Source of the DNA: Phoronis australis
Taxonomy: Eukaryota; Animalia; Phoronida
DNA length: 64,000 nt
Assembly: GCA_002633005.1 (NCBI GenBank)
Contig: NMRA01000361.1
Span: 124,001-188,000 of the forward strand
Direction of reading: 5' to 3'
Part shown: in pieces, positions 50,001 to 61,790 of the stretch
How the letters are laid out: the number at the start of each line of letters is the position of its first letter
Numbering within the stretch: position 1 is the first letter of the stretch
Notes under the pieces: generated by a model
What the model saw: only the letters and a program-made list of their open reading frames with translations
The model's database searches: none
Told to the model about the DNA's origin: nothing
Translations under genes and position numbers: made by a program

Positions 50001-53000
50001 AACAAATAAAAAATCTATAGAAGTGATGTTATCGTTTACACGCGAATCGAATAGTTACCAAATAAAAAGTGGAAAATATTACGTGTTTTTGAAAAATCAC
50101 TCAGCACGAATTTTCTGAAGTTCAGCTGCGGCATGGCGTCTGCTTTGTTTAAAATTCAAAGTGGATTATCTTTCGCTTCTTTTAATTATTTGTTTAACGT
50201 TAACCAGGTCGTCTTTTGGCACCGCCACATAACATTCGTTATGTGAGCATGGCGTTAATGTGTGAAACGAAAATATTTTTATTCAGTATAGACAAGAAAC
50301 AAAAACTATTCCAGTCATCTGTCATCTCTAGAACCAAACGACTATCGACATGCAGAAACGTGAATGGGCTGAACACTTTACGGAATTTCAACTAACCAAC
50401 ACATGCTAACTTAAAATTCTATAAATGTATACGGTACCTTTATTATCCTTTAAGCACAGACAAGTTTCTCCCTTTAAAAGGATTCTAAAGTTATTTATAT
50501 TGAACATCACAAAATAATTGAATCATCGTAAATGTTGTTGAAACGACTCGCATGTTTTTTTCGTCTATTCAAGTGAGTCTCCTTCCGAAAAATATCAACA
50601 TGGATGTTAAGTTTTGTTCGGCCACCATTTAAGGATTATTGTAGTACTTTAGTTCAAATCACACGTAATGCTAATTCTTTGACAATTTGTAGTAATTAAT
50701 AAAAACGAACCTGCCAGCTTTTGTGACAATCATTTCCGTCCCTAATTCATTGAAGTCGTCCCACAGCGGCTTCATTTCCAGTTCGGCCGTAACAGAAGCC
50801 ACTTTAGCATGCGTGGGTTTTTTAGCGACTCCCTCCAAGTTGACGGGTCCGCCGCACGAAGGATTGGCCACCATGGATGCCCCGTCCGCCATGTTTCCAC
50901 CAACTGCGCAACAGGAAGTTGACGACAGAGGTTTTCCAGTGCCAGCGTTCAGCAGACAGACTGAAAAATAAACAGTCCGAAAATCAATTTTAAATTATTG
51001 AAGATTAGCAAGTGATTAAGCGACTTCTTATCACGTAGGGGTAATTTTGTAAACAAGCCCCACAGCTGAACATTTGGGTGGTATAATCACCCAGCTGTCC
51101 GGCGCAAATTACTTACTGGACGTGTGATTTTATTTATGCCGTCGTAATAATGTAAAACCGTTAAACAGACACGTGCCGGGATTCATCAACTTTCACAAAA
51201 AAACTCATCAATGTTATTTGTTATTATATATAGGTGAAGAAAGTTGAGTTTTTATTTTATTAATTTTAATGAGTACAAAATCCTTCTGTTGTTTTCTAGG
51301 CAATGATAAACATTTAACAGATATAAGAAAAAAATACTCAAACGCACGCTATTTATTATATTTATCAATAATCGTAACCAATTTCTTCTTTTCAGTTCTA
51401 TTTACTCTAATCTAAATTTATCTCAAATATTCGAATCCTGTGCTCACAACGACAACATATTTTTGTCCATCTAAAAAGTCAAATCTATTTTCGTCATCAT
51501 GTATACAATTTTTCTTCTCCTTAGATTAATTACAATTTGTTTATTCTGTAATTACCGTTGCAACATGTATCCTTGCAACGCATTCCCAACTCGCCAATTT
51601 GAACCAGAAAAAACACTATAAATAAAACACGTCTTTTCACTCAGACAAAGAAATTCGACTCGATTGCGTCTTTCCGCAATTAAATCAAATAATGTCGTGA
51701 GAAAGGCGTTTTGAGAGTTGCGAATTTCTGTCATCAAGTGCTTTGAAAAGTAAAGCAGACTGAGTGAATGAAGTGCTAACACGCAGTTTAAAGGAGCGAT
51801 GAAAGGTGAAAACGCTTTTCAAAAAACAAAGTGAGAAACGGTGTCTGAAGTGAGTTAGAGTAAACTAAGAAACAAACAATAAAAATAAAACATAGAAGTA
51901 AAGCGATTTTGCCATGAAATTTCCAGTTTTTACCCGTAAACTTAAACTGCGAATACCATAAGAAAGTATGCGTCCCTTCACAATAAGGACGCACGTGCTA
52001 GGAATTGTAAATGGCAATGGTAATCTGCTCTTCACTTTGTAAGATACAAATACACAAGTACCATGATTGCGAAAAGTTACTAGAAAAATTTCCCGATTCT
52101 TTCATCGTAAAACAAGTGTTTTTGCCTACTTTGGTATCCTCTTGTATTTTGATTTAGTCCCAGTGAATTTCAAATAACATAATTGGTGAATAAGAAATTA
52201 AAAAAGCATACGTATTACAAGGCAATTAATTTCAGAAAGGACCTGTAAACCGTGGATTGGTTATCTAACGTTCTTTGCGATACTACAGAGCAATACTAGA
52301 AAATTTGGACAACACAAACGTTTGAAAAATGTGTTTTTACTGAATAAATTTATGAAAGTTTATTTAAATAATTTAAGCTAAGACATCTTTTTAAGTTACG
52401 GCAGAATGACACTTCTCAAAATATTATGTCAGAGTTTTCTTCATTTGAATAAATAATTTAGTTTATAAACTGTGAACGTTCGGCATCGCTTGCAACACCG
52501 CATCTTGAAAGCAGCGTTGTGCAGGGGTGTATTTACAATGGGCATGCCACATCAAAAAAATCACCAAAAAAAAGATAAGTTTGTGTCTATGGCCACACTC
52601 ATCGCAAAGTCTATCCGCGTGTTTAACCTGAAACATTTAACAGATAATTTCTTTGAAAAGTGTTGAATTTTTGTTGCATGAATGGCATTGAATGCATTTC
52701 CGAAATGTCGCCCGGACAACCTTCGACCACTGTTTATGGCAGTGGAGGGACAAATTGTGTAAACACTCTTGAAATATGTTTAGCTCCGCCCCTTTTTGGC
52801 TGTGACACGCTTGTAAAATTCCTTCAACAACTGTTACAGAAAATACCGTCTTGTTCTTGATGATCAGACAAAAAACATTTGTTCATGTCATACTTTGAAT
52901 AGCATAAATATCATATCCAAAAAAACAAGGTGCTTGAAAATTACAGTCCCATCCCTTCTACTTAAGAAAATCTGTTGAAGTATTCAGCAAAAAATAAAAG

Positions 53001-56000
53001 CGTTATAAATTTGACATGTTGGATATATTATTTAATCTTAGAAATACAAATACGCAATTTTTAATTAAAAAAGCTCCCCGTTGCACGAATACTTGCATTA
53101 GCTCAATTTCGTTATACGGAAATAAAATGGTTTGGAAAAAAGTGTAGTTTGTCGCATTTTATCCAACGTGTTTGTATTTTTGTAGTATGACCTAGATTCA
53201 AGCAAGACCTAAACCATTGTTGCATACTGACATTAAATGGCAGCGTTTAACCGTTACCTTGATTTAAAAGCTGAATAACAGGTGCTAAAAACAGACAAAC
53301 TTTTCAAAATTTATGTTAGTACCATGTTAGTCCGTGAAATAATCGTTGCACTCAGAAAGACCGTTCTAGAAGCCATTTTACTTTTAAAAATAATTCTAAA
53401 AATAACAAGATTGCAGTGAGTTCATTTCTCAAACCGCTCTTTCGGTTCAAAGTGGAACGGGTACTTTGAGATAGAACTGAAAAAAAATTAAGAGAAAAAG
53501 ACACATTCTATTTGTCTATGAAAAACACGTGAATTGATAAAAATAATTATTTTTGTATTTGTTTGAAAAGCTGATCAAATATACAAGGAACAGAAACAAA
53601 AAAAACTGAAAATTACAAGCATAAAAATTTTAAAAAGGATTCTGTTTAGCTTTAACACACAAAATCACTATCATTTCTTCAAAAATTTATTGGAGATTTG
53701 TTTGGATCTGGAACTTAAAATAAAGTAGAGCGAATGTTTACATATAGCTGGTATTGTGTCCTCAGAATTAGGGGATCCAAGTCCTTTGATGATGTCATCG
53801 CTTGACGGTGGCTGCCATTAAAGGGTAGATGAATTAATTAACACCTCGTATAACCAGTAGGCTAACATAGCTTTCACTGTGATAAACCAATATAATGTTG
53901 CTGTTGTCTGTTCTACATCACTTTTCTACACAAAGACGCTATTACAACGTTTTACAGTAAACTCGTGACCGTTTTGCGTTCTTGATGCGATCCACGGTCA
54001 AAGAGCAACTAGGGTACGGTTTTCAAATGAAATTAATCAATTGCTTTAGGTAAAGTTTATTTTGAACTCACCGTAATTTGCTGAGTTTGAGAATTATTTT
54101 ATAAGAATGTGAAATTACTTGAAATTATTTTTTTAAAATGTACTCAGTCACTTTAGAACGGGATTTTTCTTGAAAATATCCACTGTGATCAGACGGTGGA
54201 CTTTGCTATTCATCCAGGTGAATAACTACAGATTTGAAAACATGTACATCTCAACTTCTGGAACTTACCAGGCGCCTCCGCAATGTCGCACGGAAGAGGG
54301 GTGCGCCTTATCTGTGCAAAGGACACCCTTGCTTTTTCATCTTCGCAACCCATTAATTAAAGTTTTCTAACGATGCAAGTTTTTGTGAGAGAAGAGTTAG
54401 CATTTTTAATTTCGGCAGCACAGATTTGAGAGGATACAACAAAAATCGTTTTAAAACAAAGATATTTTATAAAGGCTAAGCACACCAAGAGGTTCAGAAA
54501 AGGTTGAATCAGTATTATGGAAGACGTGTCAGCTGTTTTAAACACCTTATCGGTATTGTCAATTTCTAAGCTAAATTTAGAGTCTCCTTAACGTCTGTTC
54601 AGTTTACTTGTCCCGTGGAAATATTTCAGTTGGCTCATTTGAGCTAATGCATGACATTTGCTTGTTCAGTTGTCATTTTGTTTGTCAGTTTCACCGCGTT
54701 CGAAGCTCGGATCATCTCGGTGCTGGAGCAGGGGACCAGTATCCTGCAGGTATTTGCTAGGCGCAATGTAACTGATAAATAAAAATGATTTTTCCTCAGT
54801 CAGCGGTCTGTGACAGCACACTTTGAAACTTTTAATATTTGAAAATTTAAAGCACACGTTAAGTTAGCGAAATATACACGTTTCTGATCGAAGAGCAATT
54901 GCATGCAGTACAGTACTTCCCAGTTTTCTGTTCTAAAACTTGAAAAGAACGGTTTCAGGATGAAATTGAAATACATCTGATAACCATGGTTACGGTGGAT
55001 ATAACATATTAAACTTTTACAGAAATCGCGGTTCCTAAAGATGGGCTTACTTGCATTAATCGCCAGTGTCAGAAATTAAAATGTTCAATGATTTAAACTG
55101 CAATTTCGGAAATATAAAAATACCGCGTTCTCCACAAAAACATAGTACACATGGTTAATTGATTTCACCTTGATCTGAGATTGTGTTTTGGTTTGATTAC
55201 ATGCGTGTAAACTCAACAAATGAATGATTAGTTATCAGAAATGCTTATGGTGTTAATTTACAGTCACTTAACTGTAAACTATAAAGTTGTTCGCGAAACT
55301 TCAACGAGAAGGGGACACTCTTAATATTTTGATAACGTTTTAATTAACCTATAACTATCTCGTAATATGCCAATGTTTGGTGCCAACAACTTCAAGATAC
55401 AATGTTCATAAAGTCAGAAATTGTTTGGTTAATAATTCTAACTACAGGTATATAAAAACGAGGGATTTCGAAAATGACTATCTTATCCTAAAATAAAGCA
55501 CACCCAGACAATAAGTGAACCTGGCGGGGGCATCCCCACCGAGTTGCAGCTCGCTTGGTTCACAGTGGTGAGCCTCCCCCCACTATATACGATATCCCTA
55601 CCCCCCGCAATGTACACAGCCCAAGGCACAACCCCTGCTCATGTACGGACGACATTTCTGGTTCAACTTATGTTCATCTCCAGTTTTTAGCCCCAGTACG
55701 CGAATATTCCGATGTCAAAAGTCAGCTTGGATTGTTGGTGGCCGAACAGTATAAATGGAATGAAACGATTAGACACCACAGGAGAAAGTGATCCAAGACC
55801 TTAATTATTTTCGTTGTGGTTACTTAATTTAGTGTTTATAAAACAAGATTCAAACTGCTCTGAACAGTGGTGTTCTCGCGAGGAAAATACTTGTTTTTCT
55901 TTTTAATTAAGGGCAGAGAGTTATATTACAGTTGAAAGATGTTATCGCTGATACGTGTTATGGCTAATGTTTTACACTTTTACGCTAGACCTTTCGTCGA

Positions 56001-57802
56001 GTACGAGCGATACATAAAGGCGAAGTTAGGGAGAAATGTTGGTCTTTTTAACCTATACATTCACCAGTTAAATGTCTTGCATCCGACTGTGGACAACATA
56101 TCAACACGACCCAGGAACTTCTATCACTTCACGTCACTGCTAACGAGTGTAACATAATTCTATTAATCTAACATATATAAAATGCCGACTTTACCAAGAC
56201 TGTTCTATACTTTCACACACGTTGGTCAATATGACCAGAGTTTATAAGAGTCACGTCAACAAAATGTTGAGTCCATATCTTGTTGCAACCTAGTGCCAAC
56301 TGACAGCTCATTGCTTCAACTGACCTGCAACCAACCGAGGTGTTCAGTGTTAGCACACTCAACCCTGTCATGTCAGGCGAGGCTCATCCAGATGCCTAGC
56401 GCAAACACGCAAATAATGTCTCTGGTTTTTCGTCCACGACCGTAGTCACTCAATAAGTTTCTTTAACTAACAGGGGCAAATAAAAATGCGAAATTANACA
56501 CCACGGGAGAAAGTGATCCAAGACTTTAATTATTTTCGTTGTGGTTACTTAATTTAGTGTTTATAAAACAAGATTCAAACTGCTCTGAACAGTGGTGTTC
56601 TCGCGAGGAAAATACTTGTTTTTCTTTTTAATTAAGCACAGAGAGTTATATTACAGTTGAAAGATGTTATCGCTGATACGTGTTATGGCTAATGTTTTAC
56701 ACTTTTACGCTAGACCTCTCGTCGAGTACGAGCGATACATAAAGGCGAAGTTAGGGAGAAATGTTGGTCTTTTTAACCTATACATTCACCAGTGAAATGT
56801 CTTGCACCCGACTGTGGACAACATGCGCAACACGTTGCGCTATATCAACACGACCCAGGAACTTCTATCATTTCACGTCACGGTTAACGAGTGTAACATA
56901 ATTCTATTAATCTAACATATATAAAATGCCGACTTTACCAAGACTGTTCTATACTTTCACACACGTTGGTCAATATGACCAGAGTTTATAAGAGTCACGT
57001 CAACAAAATGTTGAGTCCATATCTTGTTGCAACCTAGTGCCAACTGACAGCTCATTGCTTCAACTGACCTGCAACCAACCGAGGTGTTCAGTGTTAGCAC
57101 ACTCAACCCTGTCATGTCAGGCGAGGCTCATCCAGATGCCTAGCGCAAACACGCAAATAATGTCTCTGGTTTTTCGTCCACGACCGTAGTCACTCAATAA
57201 GTTTCTTTAACTAACAGGGGCAAATAAAAATGCGAAATTAAGCATGAAACCCATGATAACCAAATAAAAATATAGGTGTAACAGCAAAACTTACCTAATA
57301 TAAATTTCAGGAAAAAACGCCTCTCCAGGTATTGGGTGATGAGGTATCGAACCTTGGTGTTTATTTTAAATTCATTGGTGTTGCATTGATAACGTCGTAC
57401 GCGATTTACAAAGGCCCCATATTTTTGAACTTATAGTTTACTTCTCGTATGACAATTTCTATGAATAACGTGACAATTTCTATGAACAACAGATCATGTT
57501 AAAATTTTTGGTCTGAGCTCTCGCAAATTAAATGAGCATTTTGAAATTGTTTACTGACCTTCCATATTTTTTATGCTTGGTGAAAACATGGAAGTTGAGC
57601 TCCAGTCAAAGATGCACTCCGAACTGTCTGTGCCTCTACCATAGTTCTCTCCATCGCACGCGAGGGTCGCCCCATCAGTGGCGCAACGGCCGGTTATCGC
57701 ACAATCTTGCGAGTTGTTCCGTCTTGACATTATCGAGGCAATGCTGAAGGAATTAGCTCGTGTAGATAAAGAATTCAGCTCCGCGCCAACATTCATATCC
57801 AT
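34767..57802 (-). CDS. Tbx1: T-box transcription factor Tbx1/10 (org-1 ortholog group). 7 coding exons: 57559-57802, 50711-50960, 41822-42095, 39709-39861, 36283-36350, 35626-35711, 34767-35050 (1359 nt, ~452 aa)
   Basis: The spliced translation gives a full T-box: [39 protein letters not shown]...[41 protein letters not shown]...[49 protein letters not shown] and [14 protein letters not shown] are diagnostic of Tbx1/10. All introns are GT-AG with compatible phases 1,2,0,0,2,1. Confidence 0.96.
35087..35304. mobile_element. MITE-like element with AGCGTGCAGA inverted ends in Tbx1 intron 6
   Basis: CAATAGCGTGCAGA.../...TCTGCACGCTGGTG; no TSD recognised. Confidence 0.5.
35626..35711 (-). CDS. 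Tbx1: Tbx1/10 coding exon 6 ([29 protein letters not shown])
   Basis: 86-bp exon, acceptor ttccag, donor G|gtacgt. It is needed to bridge phase 2 to phase 1, because direct exon 5 to exon 7 splicing would create TGA. Confidence 0.85.
36283..36350 (-). CDS. Tbx1: Tbx1/10 coding exon 5 ([22 protein letters not shown])
   Basis: 68-bp exon absent from the ORF track. Acceptor ttttcag, donor TG|gtacgt. Confidence 0.96.
36620..37930 (+). mobile_element. Decayed LINE RT in Tbx1 intron 4 (antisense to Tbx1), interrupted by a MITE
   Basis: [48 protein letters not shown], then after the MITE YLG...RALGLLIAK. Confidence 0.9.
37410..37634 (+). mobile_element. MITE family A, perfect 5-bp TSD CAATT
   Basis: CATGCGCGCACCC...GGGTGCGCGCATG, with CAATT at 37405-37409 and 37635-37639. 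Single N at 37429. Confidence 0.9.
39269..39525 (+). mobile_element. MITE family A, perfect 5-bp TSD GACAT
   Basis: CATAGGCGCATCCAG...CTGGGTTCGCGCATG, with GACAT at 39264-39268 and 39526-39530. Confidence 0.9.
39709..39861 (-). CDS. Tbx1: Tbx1/10 coding exon 4 ([16 protein letters not shown]...AVTAYQNHR)
   Basis: Acceptor tttcag, donor AGG|gtaggg, 153 bp. Confidence 0.97.
41822..42095 (-). CDS. Tbx1: Tbx1/10 coding exon 3 (RMFPTFQV...LLDENGH)
   Basis: Acceptor ttccag, donor CAC|gtgagt, 274 bp, T-box core. Confidence 0.97.
42143..42255. mobile_element. 113-bp mini-MITE, perfect 5-bp TSD AGGAT, nested in a family-B terminus
   Basis: CACGGGCGACGCA...TGCGCCGCCCGTG, with AGGAT at 42138-42142 and 42256-42260. 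Confidence 0.85.
43127..43180. repeat. AT-rich inverted repeat (~22-bp arms)
   Basis: ATAAAATAGTAAAACTAGTAAA...TTTACTAGTTTTTACTATTTTAT. Confidence 0.75.
47267..47331. other. Assembly gap (N 47267-47296) at a poly-C/(CA)n tract
   Basis: N run followed by a C homopolymer and CA repeats. Confidence 0.95.
49702..49743 (-). ncRNA. Minimal type I hammerhead ribozyme motif (Penelope-like-element type)
   Basis: The minus strand reads CUU-CUGAUGA-U-GGUGUUU(CAAU)AGACACC-GAAAC-AU-GUC-AAG: intact core, 7-bp stem II, palindromic ACAUGU stem III, GUC cleavage triplet, CUU/AAG stem I. Confidence 0.75.
50711..50960 (-). CDS. Tbx1: Tbx1/10 coding exon 2 (start of T-box, ...[24 protein letters not shown])
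   Basis: Acceptor ttttcag at 50961-50962, donor AG|gttcgt at 50709-50710, open frame over 250 bp. Confidence 0.95.
55773..57240. repeat. Near-identical ~725-bp tandem duplication (55773-56496 / 56498-57240) joined at a single N; probable haplotype overlap artefact
   Basis: A few SNPs plus a 19-bp indel; N at 56497. Confidence 0.85.
57559..57802 (-). CDS. Tbx1: Tbx1/10 coding exon 1 ([26 protein letters not shown]...[10 protein letters not shown])
   Basis: ATG at 57802. Donor GAAG|gtcagt (phase 1) joins in frame to exon 2. Contains an eh1-like FSIASIM motif and a KNME end resembling the vertebrate TBX1 RDME exon end. Confidence 0.85.
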
Positions 57803-60800
57803 CCTTATGAAATAATTAACTGTTGAAGGCCAGCGGCAACGAGTGAATTATTGCTGTATGTTATCCAGATGACAATTTACATTGGCGAAGCAAGATATCG
57901 TTTTTGTTCTCAGCACAAAGCACCTAGCTTAGTTAGAAACATTTGCCAACAGAACGGGCCTGGAACGGACATTCAATACTGCAAATGACGCGTTCCGAAA
58001 ATATGCGCTGGATTGGAATTTCAACTCGTATCAGAAAGGATTTTTTTCTCGTAATGACACCGATCCTGGTTTTTCCGTCCGAAGTGTGGAACAAAAGAAA
58101 ACCACAGTGTTGGCAACCTTTGAAAACGATGCTCTTGGTCCGTGTTGGTTGGGGCGCTTTCGACACAACTAGGGACCATATCAGAACTTAACGAGTTTTG
58201 CAGATGGGGACACGTAAACACTTGAAGTGAGTTGATTGTGGCAACGAGCGCAGAACAAATGGTATTACTAGTCGTCCTTTTCTTCTGTTGTTTCAGAAAA
58301 ATATCGCCTAGTTACATTCACTTGGTGAGTTTATTCAGATCAACATCCTCTTGACTTTCGTTTTATATCACTAACATAACCGAAAACAACTACGAGGATT
58401 TCTAAGACTGAAAACTCCTTATAAAACGTCCTTAGTTGTTTCACTAAAAGTTGAACTAAGTTGTAAAATAATTAATCTAATTATTGAAGGACCTTAGACC
58501 TACACTGGTAAAACTACATTTCCGCAGTACGTAAGTGCCAAAAAAGGGAAAATCAATAAAGCCACTTTTAAAGTCGGTGATAGGACATCACTTTCGTTAC
58601 CAACAAGAACATCAAACCATCAGGGAACCAAAAAAGGCTTAAGAGCTTATTTGGGTTAGCCAGCCTACAATTTCATGTCCACCTTGCCAGTGCTTGCGTT
58701 GCCGGCTCGCTTGGCAATAGTTCAACATCAGATAAACGTTATGACGTTTTTAAACTATAAAGCACTTCGGTTAAGAATAGGCAGCTAAGTAGCATTGAAG
58801 TGCCCCTTTAAGAATTGCCGGAACTCGACATCTCATCAATAGAACTTATGTTCGGCATATGTACAAAGAATTCCGCATAAATCCCGTGATGAACATAGCG
58901 CGTGCGGCAGTACTGCTCCGTTTCAAGAGATAAGAAGGAGAGCTGAGTAAGCAAAATTGGTTCATTTTTGTGACGTGACAATGCAAAAATAGTTTCTCGG
59001 TGGAAAGATGGTCACAGAAAACCCGCCACAAGAGAGATCTGAAACAGTTAAATGTCACCACTCCTGAGGTTCATCACTACATACTCCTCCGAAGGTTCAC
59101 TACCCCGAAAAATGAAAACTGAATGTGCGCTAATAAGGCGGAACTGACATCAATGTAGTATTGTATTCGTGTCCATTTAGTGAAGACTTGCAGGGACAGG
59201 GAACCCAAATATACTAGTACTGCATGAAGTTTCGACACAGCCGGGGGCGTGGCTCCGTTGCAGTTGGCATGGGCGGATCCAGGATTTTGAGTTAGGCGAG
59301 GGGGGCAGGGCAAAGTATTAGCCAGGATTTTGTCCGCCACCCCCGAACTGCAAATGGAATCTGGGAGAATTTTAAGTAGCTGGGTGGCAGAGTTGTGATA
59401 AACGCTTTTTACTCCCAACCCTCAAATGAAAATTGACCAAACGCCAGATAAGAAAATATTTTCAAAGTGCTTTTAATACATGGGTAGACCCAAAAGGGTA
59501 TTTGTAAGAGTTACAATTGTACATTAGACCCGACAAAAATAAAACGTGCCATGAAATATTCTCTTATTTTTTGTGCTATTTTTCACACCGCGTAAGCCGA
59601 ATAATTTTTGGGGATTTAAAATAAGAGCCGGGACTAACTTCTTTCGGAATGGCCGTTGTTTGTACACCAACTGATTGACACTAATGGATGATGGCAACGG
59701 TTCTGTCACTGGGTCACAGCAGTGCACTCACCGGGTAATTCTATGAGAGGAAATCCTTGTCTCAAATTTTACTTTCATGTACTTGCAGTTCATACGATAT
59801 AGTTATGGAATTCTACTGAAGTAGCAGATATATACGATTACTCGACATATGTTTTCGCTTGGTGGTTTATCGTTTTCCAAAGCTCCCATCACCACCGAGA
59901 CCTGGCGTCGTGTCACCTCCGTGGTGTGGTGGAATGGAGCGGTGGTATATGACTCCGAAAGACATAAAAACGATATCACTGTCTATATAGGAATCTTCAT
60001 CGAGTTCTGTCATCACCGACATTTTCGCCTAGGTCAAGTATTCACCATCAATATCGTAAAAAGCCATAACCGTTTGTTACAGTCCAACATGTACACGAAC
60101 TGCCATTGAAGAAGATCGCTAACCATATCACTTAGCCTACTCGTCAACAGTATCAGTTTATCAAACAATAAAAACGTCATCTGTAAACTTTTTTGTCAGC
60201 TACAGTATATTTAACACTATTAGTACAAATTGCGCGTATTTAGGCTCATTTGCCTAAACGTAAACATGCGCCTACCTTGGGGATTATGCGCATGCTATAC
60301 ATGCGAACTGACTTGAGTAAAACCAAAGGGCAGGTTTCAAACTGAAATGCGAGTGAAACTTGACTTATCCGTTACAAAATAGTAGACGTCACATTAACAT
60401 GTACAGAATTTACACTAGGAATTCAATAAACAAACGCTTGCGGACATTCTCATTTCTCACTCATCCAGTGGCAAAATACAATACCGTAATTTGTAATTCT
60501 TAGGGCAGTGACAACGGCGAAACGTTGCTTTCAGTAATAACTCCACTAAAATTTAAAGTTTAAAGGCTAACATACGAAATAGGCGTGCCTGCTGATCCAA
60601 AGTGAATTGTGATTTTTTTTGAAGTTAATGACCTCGGAGCTGCGTGTAGTGGTTTAGCTGGCTAAAGAAGCGAGAATCGAACTAGAAATTTTGCTCTCAC
60701 AAAATCGGTCTCATAACATTCAGTACAGTGATCGGATGTTCTTTCCGGAAACAGAAAAAAAAAACATAGACACCATCAGCGATTCCGGAAAATGCATCAA

Positions 60801-61089
60801 ATTTGATTGGGGTTGGTCAACTTGGTCAACCTTAAAATGCCGCATGTGTGCATTGGCGCATCGGAAACATGTTTTTAAACCCCAAAGGATTAAGAATTCA
60901 CAGCTAAACAGTGGCGAAATAATGTAATTTGAGTAAAAATGAATGATATGCACTTGAAACATGAATGTATGAATAGGTGTTTACATTCAAATTTCATTGA
61001 AATGAAAATTCATCTCAAAACAAAAACGAATATTTATTTTATAAAATTACAACAAGCAGCATGATTGATAACATCTGACTGAACTTTAC

Positions 61090-61790
61090 ATTTGTTACAA
61101 ATACCAATTAGAAATGCCAAAAGTAAAAAAATATCACTGCAAATGGAATACCATCCAGCAAATAATGCCTATGGAAATTTTGAAATAAACCGACTAACTC
61201 CAACAAACTGGTCTCAAAATCTGAGCAAGTGGCATCCTGAAAATTGAGAGACCACTGGTGATTGACACAAAGCAGTTCAACTTTAGAAGGGTTGGCCACC
61301 CCCCAGAATAACGGAATTTTGAATTCTTTTATATTTATCAATACCTCAATGATTAGTATCATTTTCATCAAGGTAAAGAAAGATTGGAAACAAATTTCAT
61401 GAATTTGAGTAAAAAATAATCTCTTTATTTTAGTTTTGGGGTGGTAAGTGAAGGGACATTTTCTGTCAATCTCTCTATTTGATTGCCATACACTAGGACA
61501 GACCATATTCCAGGCTTACAAATATGTATCAAAGGACTCCTGAAAACCATCTACACTTCCAGAATGGGCAACTCCATATTCACAAGGTGGAGTTAATGAA
61601 TAAAGCTACCTCTTTTGGACCCCACATGTGAACAAAAATCAGTTCATCACTATGGTAACAGACCCACGCGGTTACCTTGACGCAGGCATTGCTACAGGAA
61701 TAACTATTGCTGGATTTGCAACACCTGCTGAATTTCGAGTTCCCCTTTGTAACAAGCTGACATCTATTGGGAGAAACAAGCACTAACGAG
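61090..61790 (-). mobile_element. Probable decayed LINE 3' region
   Basis: Fragments FDTY...SVW..NREID and CVNHQ resemble post-RT LINE motifs; heavily broken. Confidence 0.35.

Noticed and set aside
34767-57802. Assignment as Tbx20 or Tbx15/18 because of the N-terminal eh1 motif
   Set aside because: T-box diagnostic residues ([32 protein letters not shown]) are Tbx1/10-specific.
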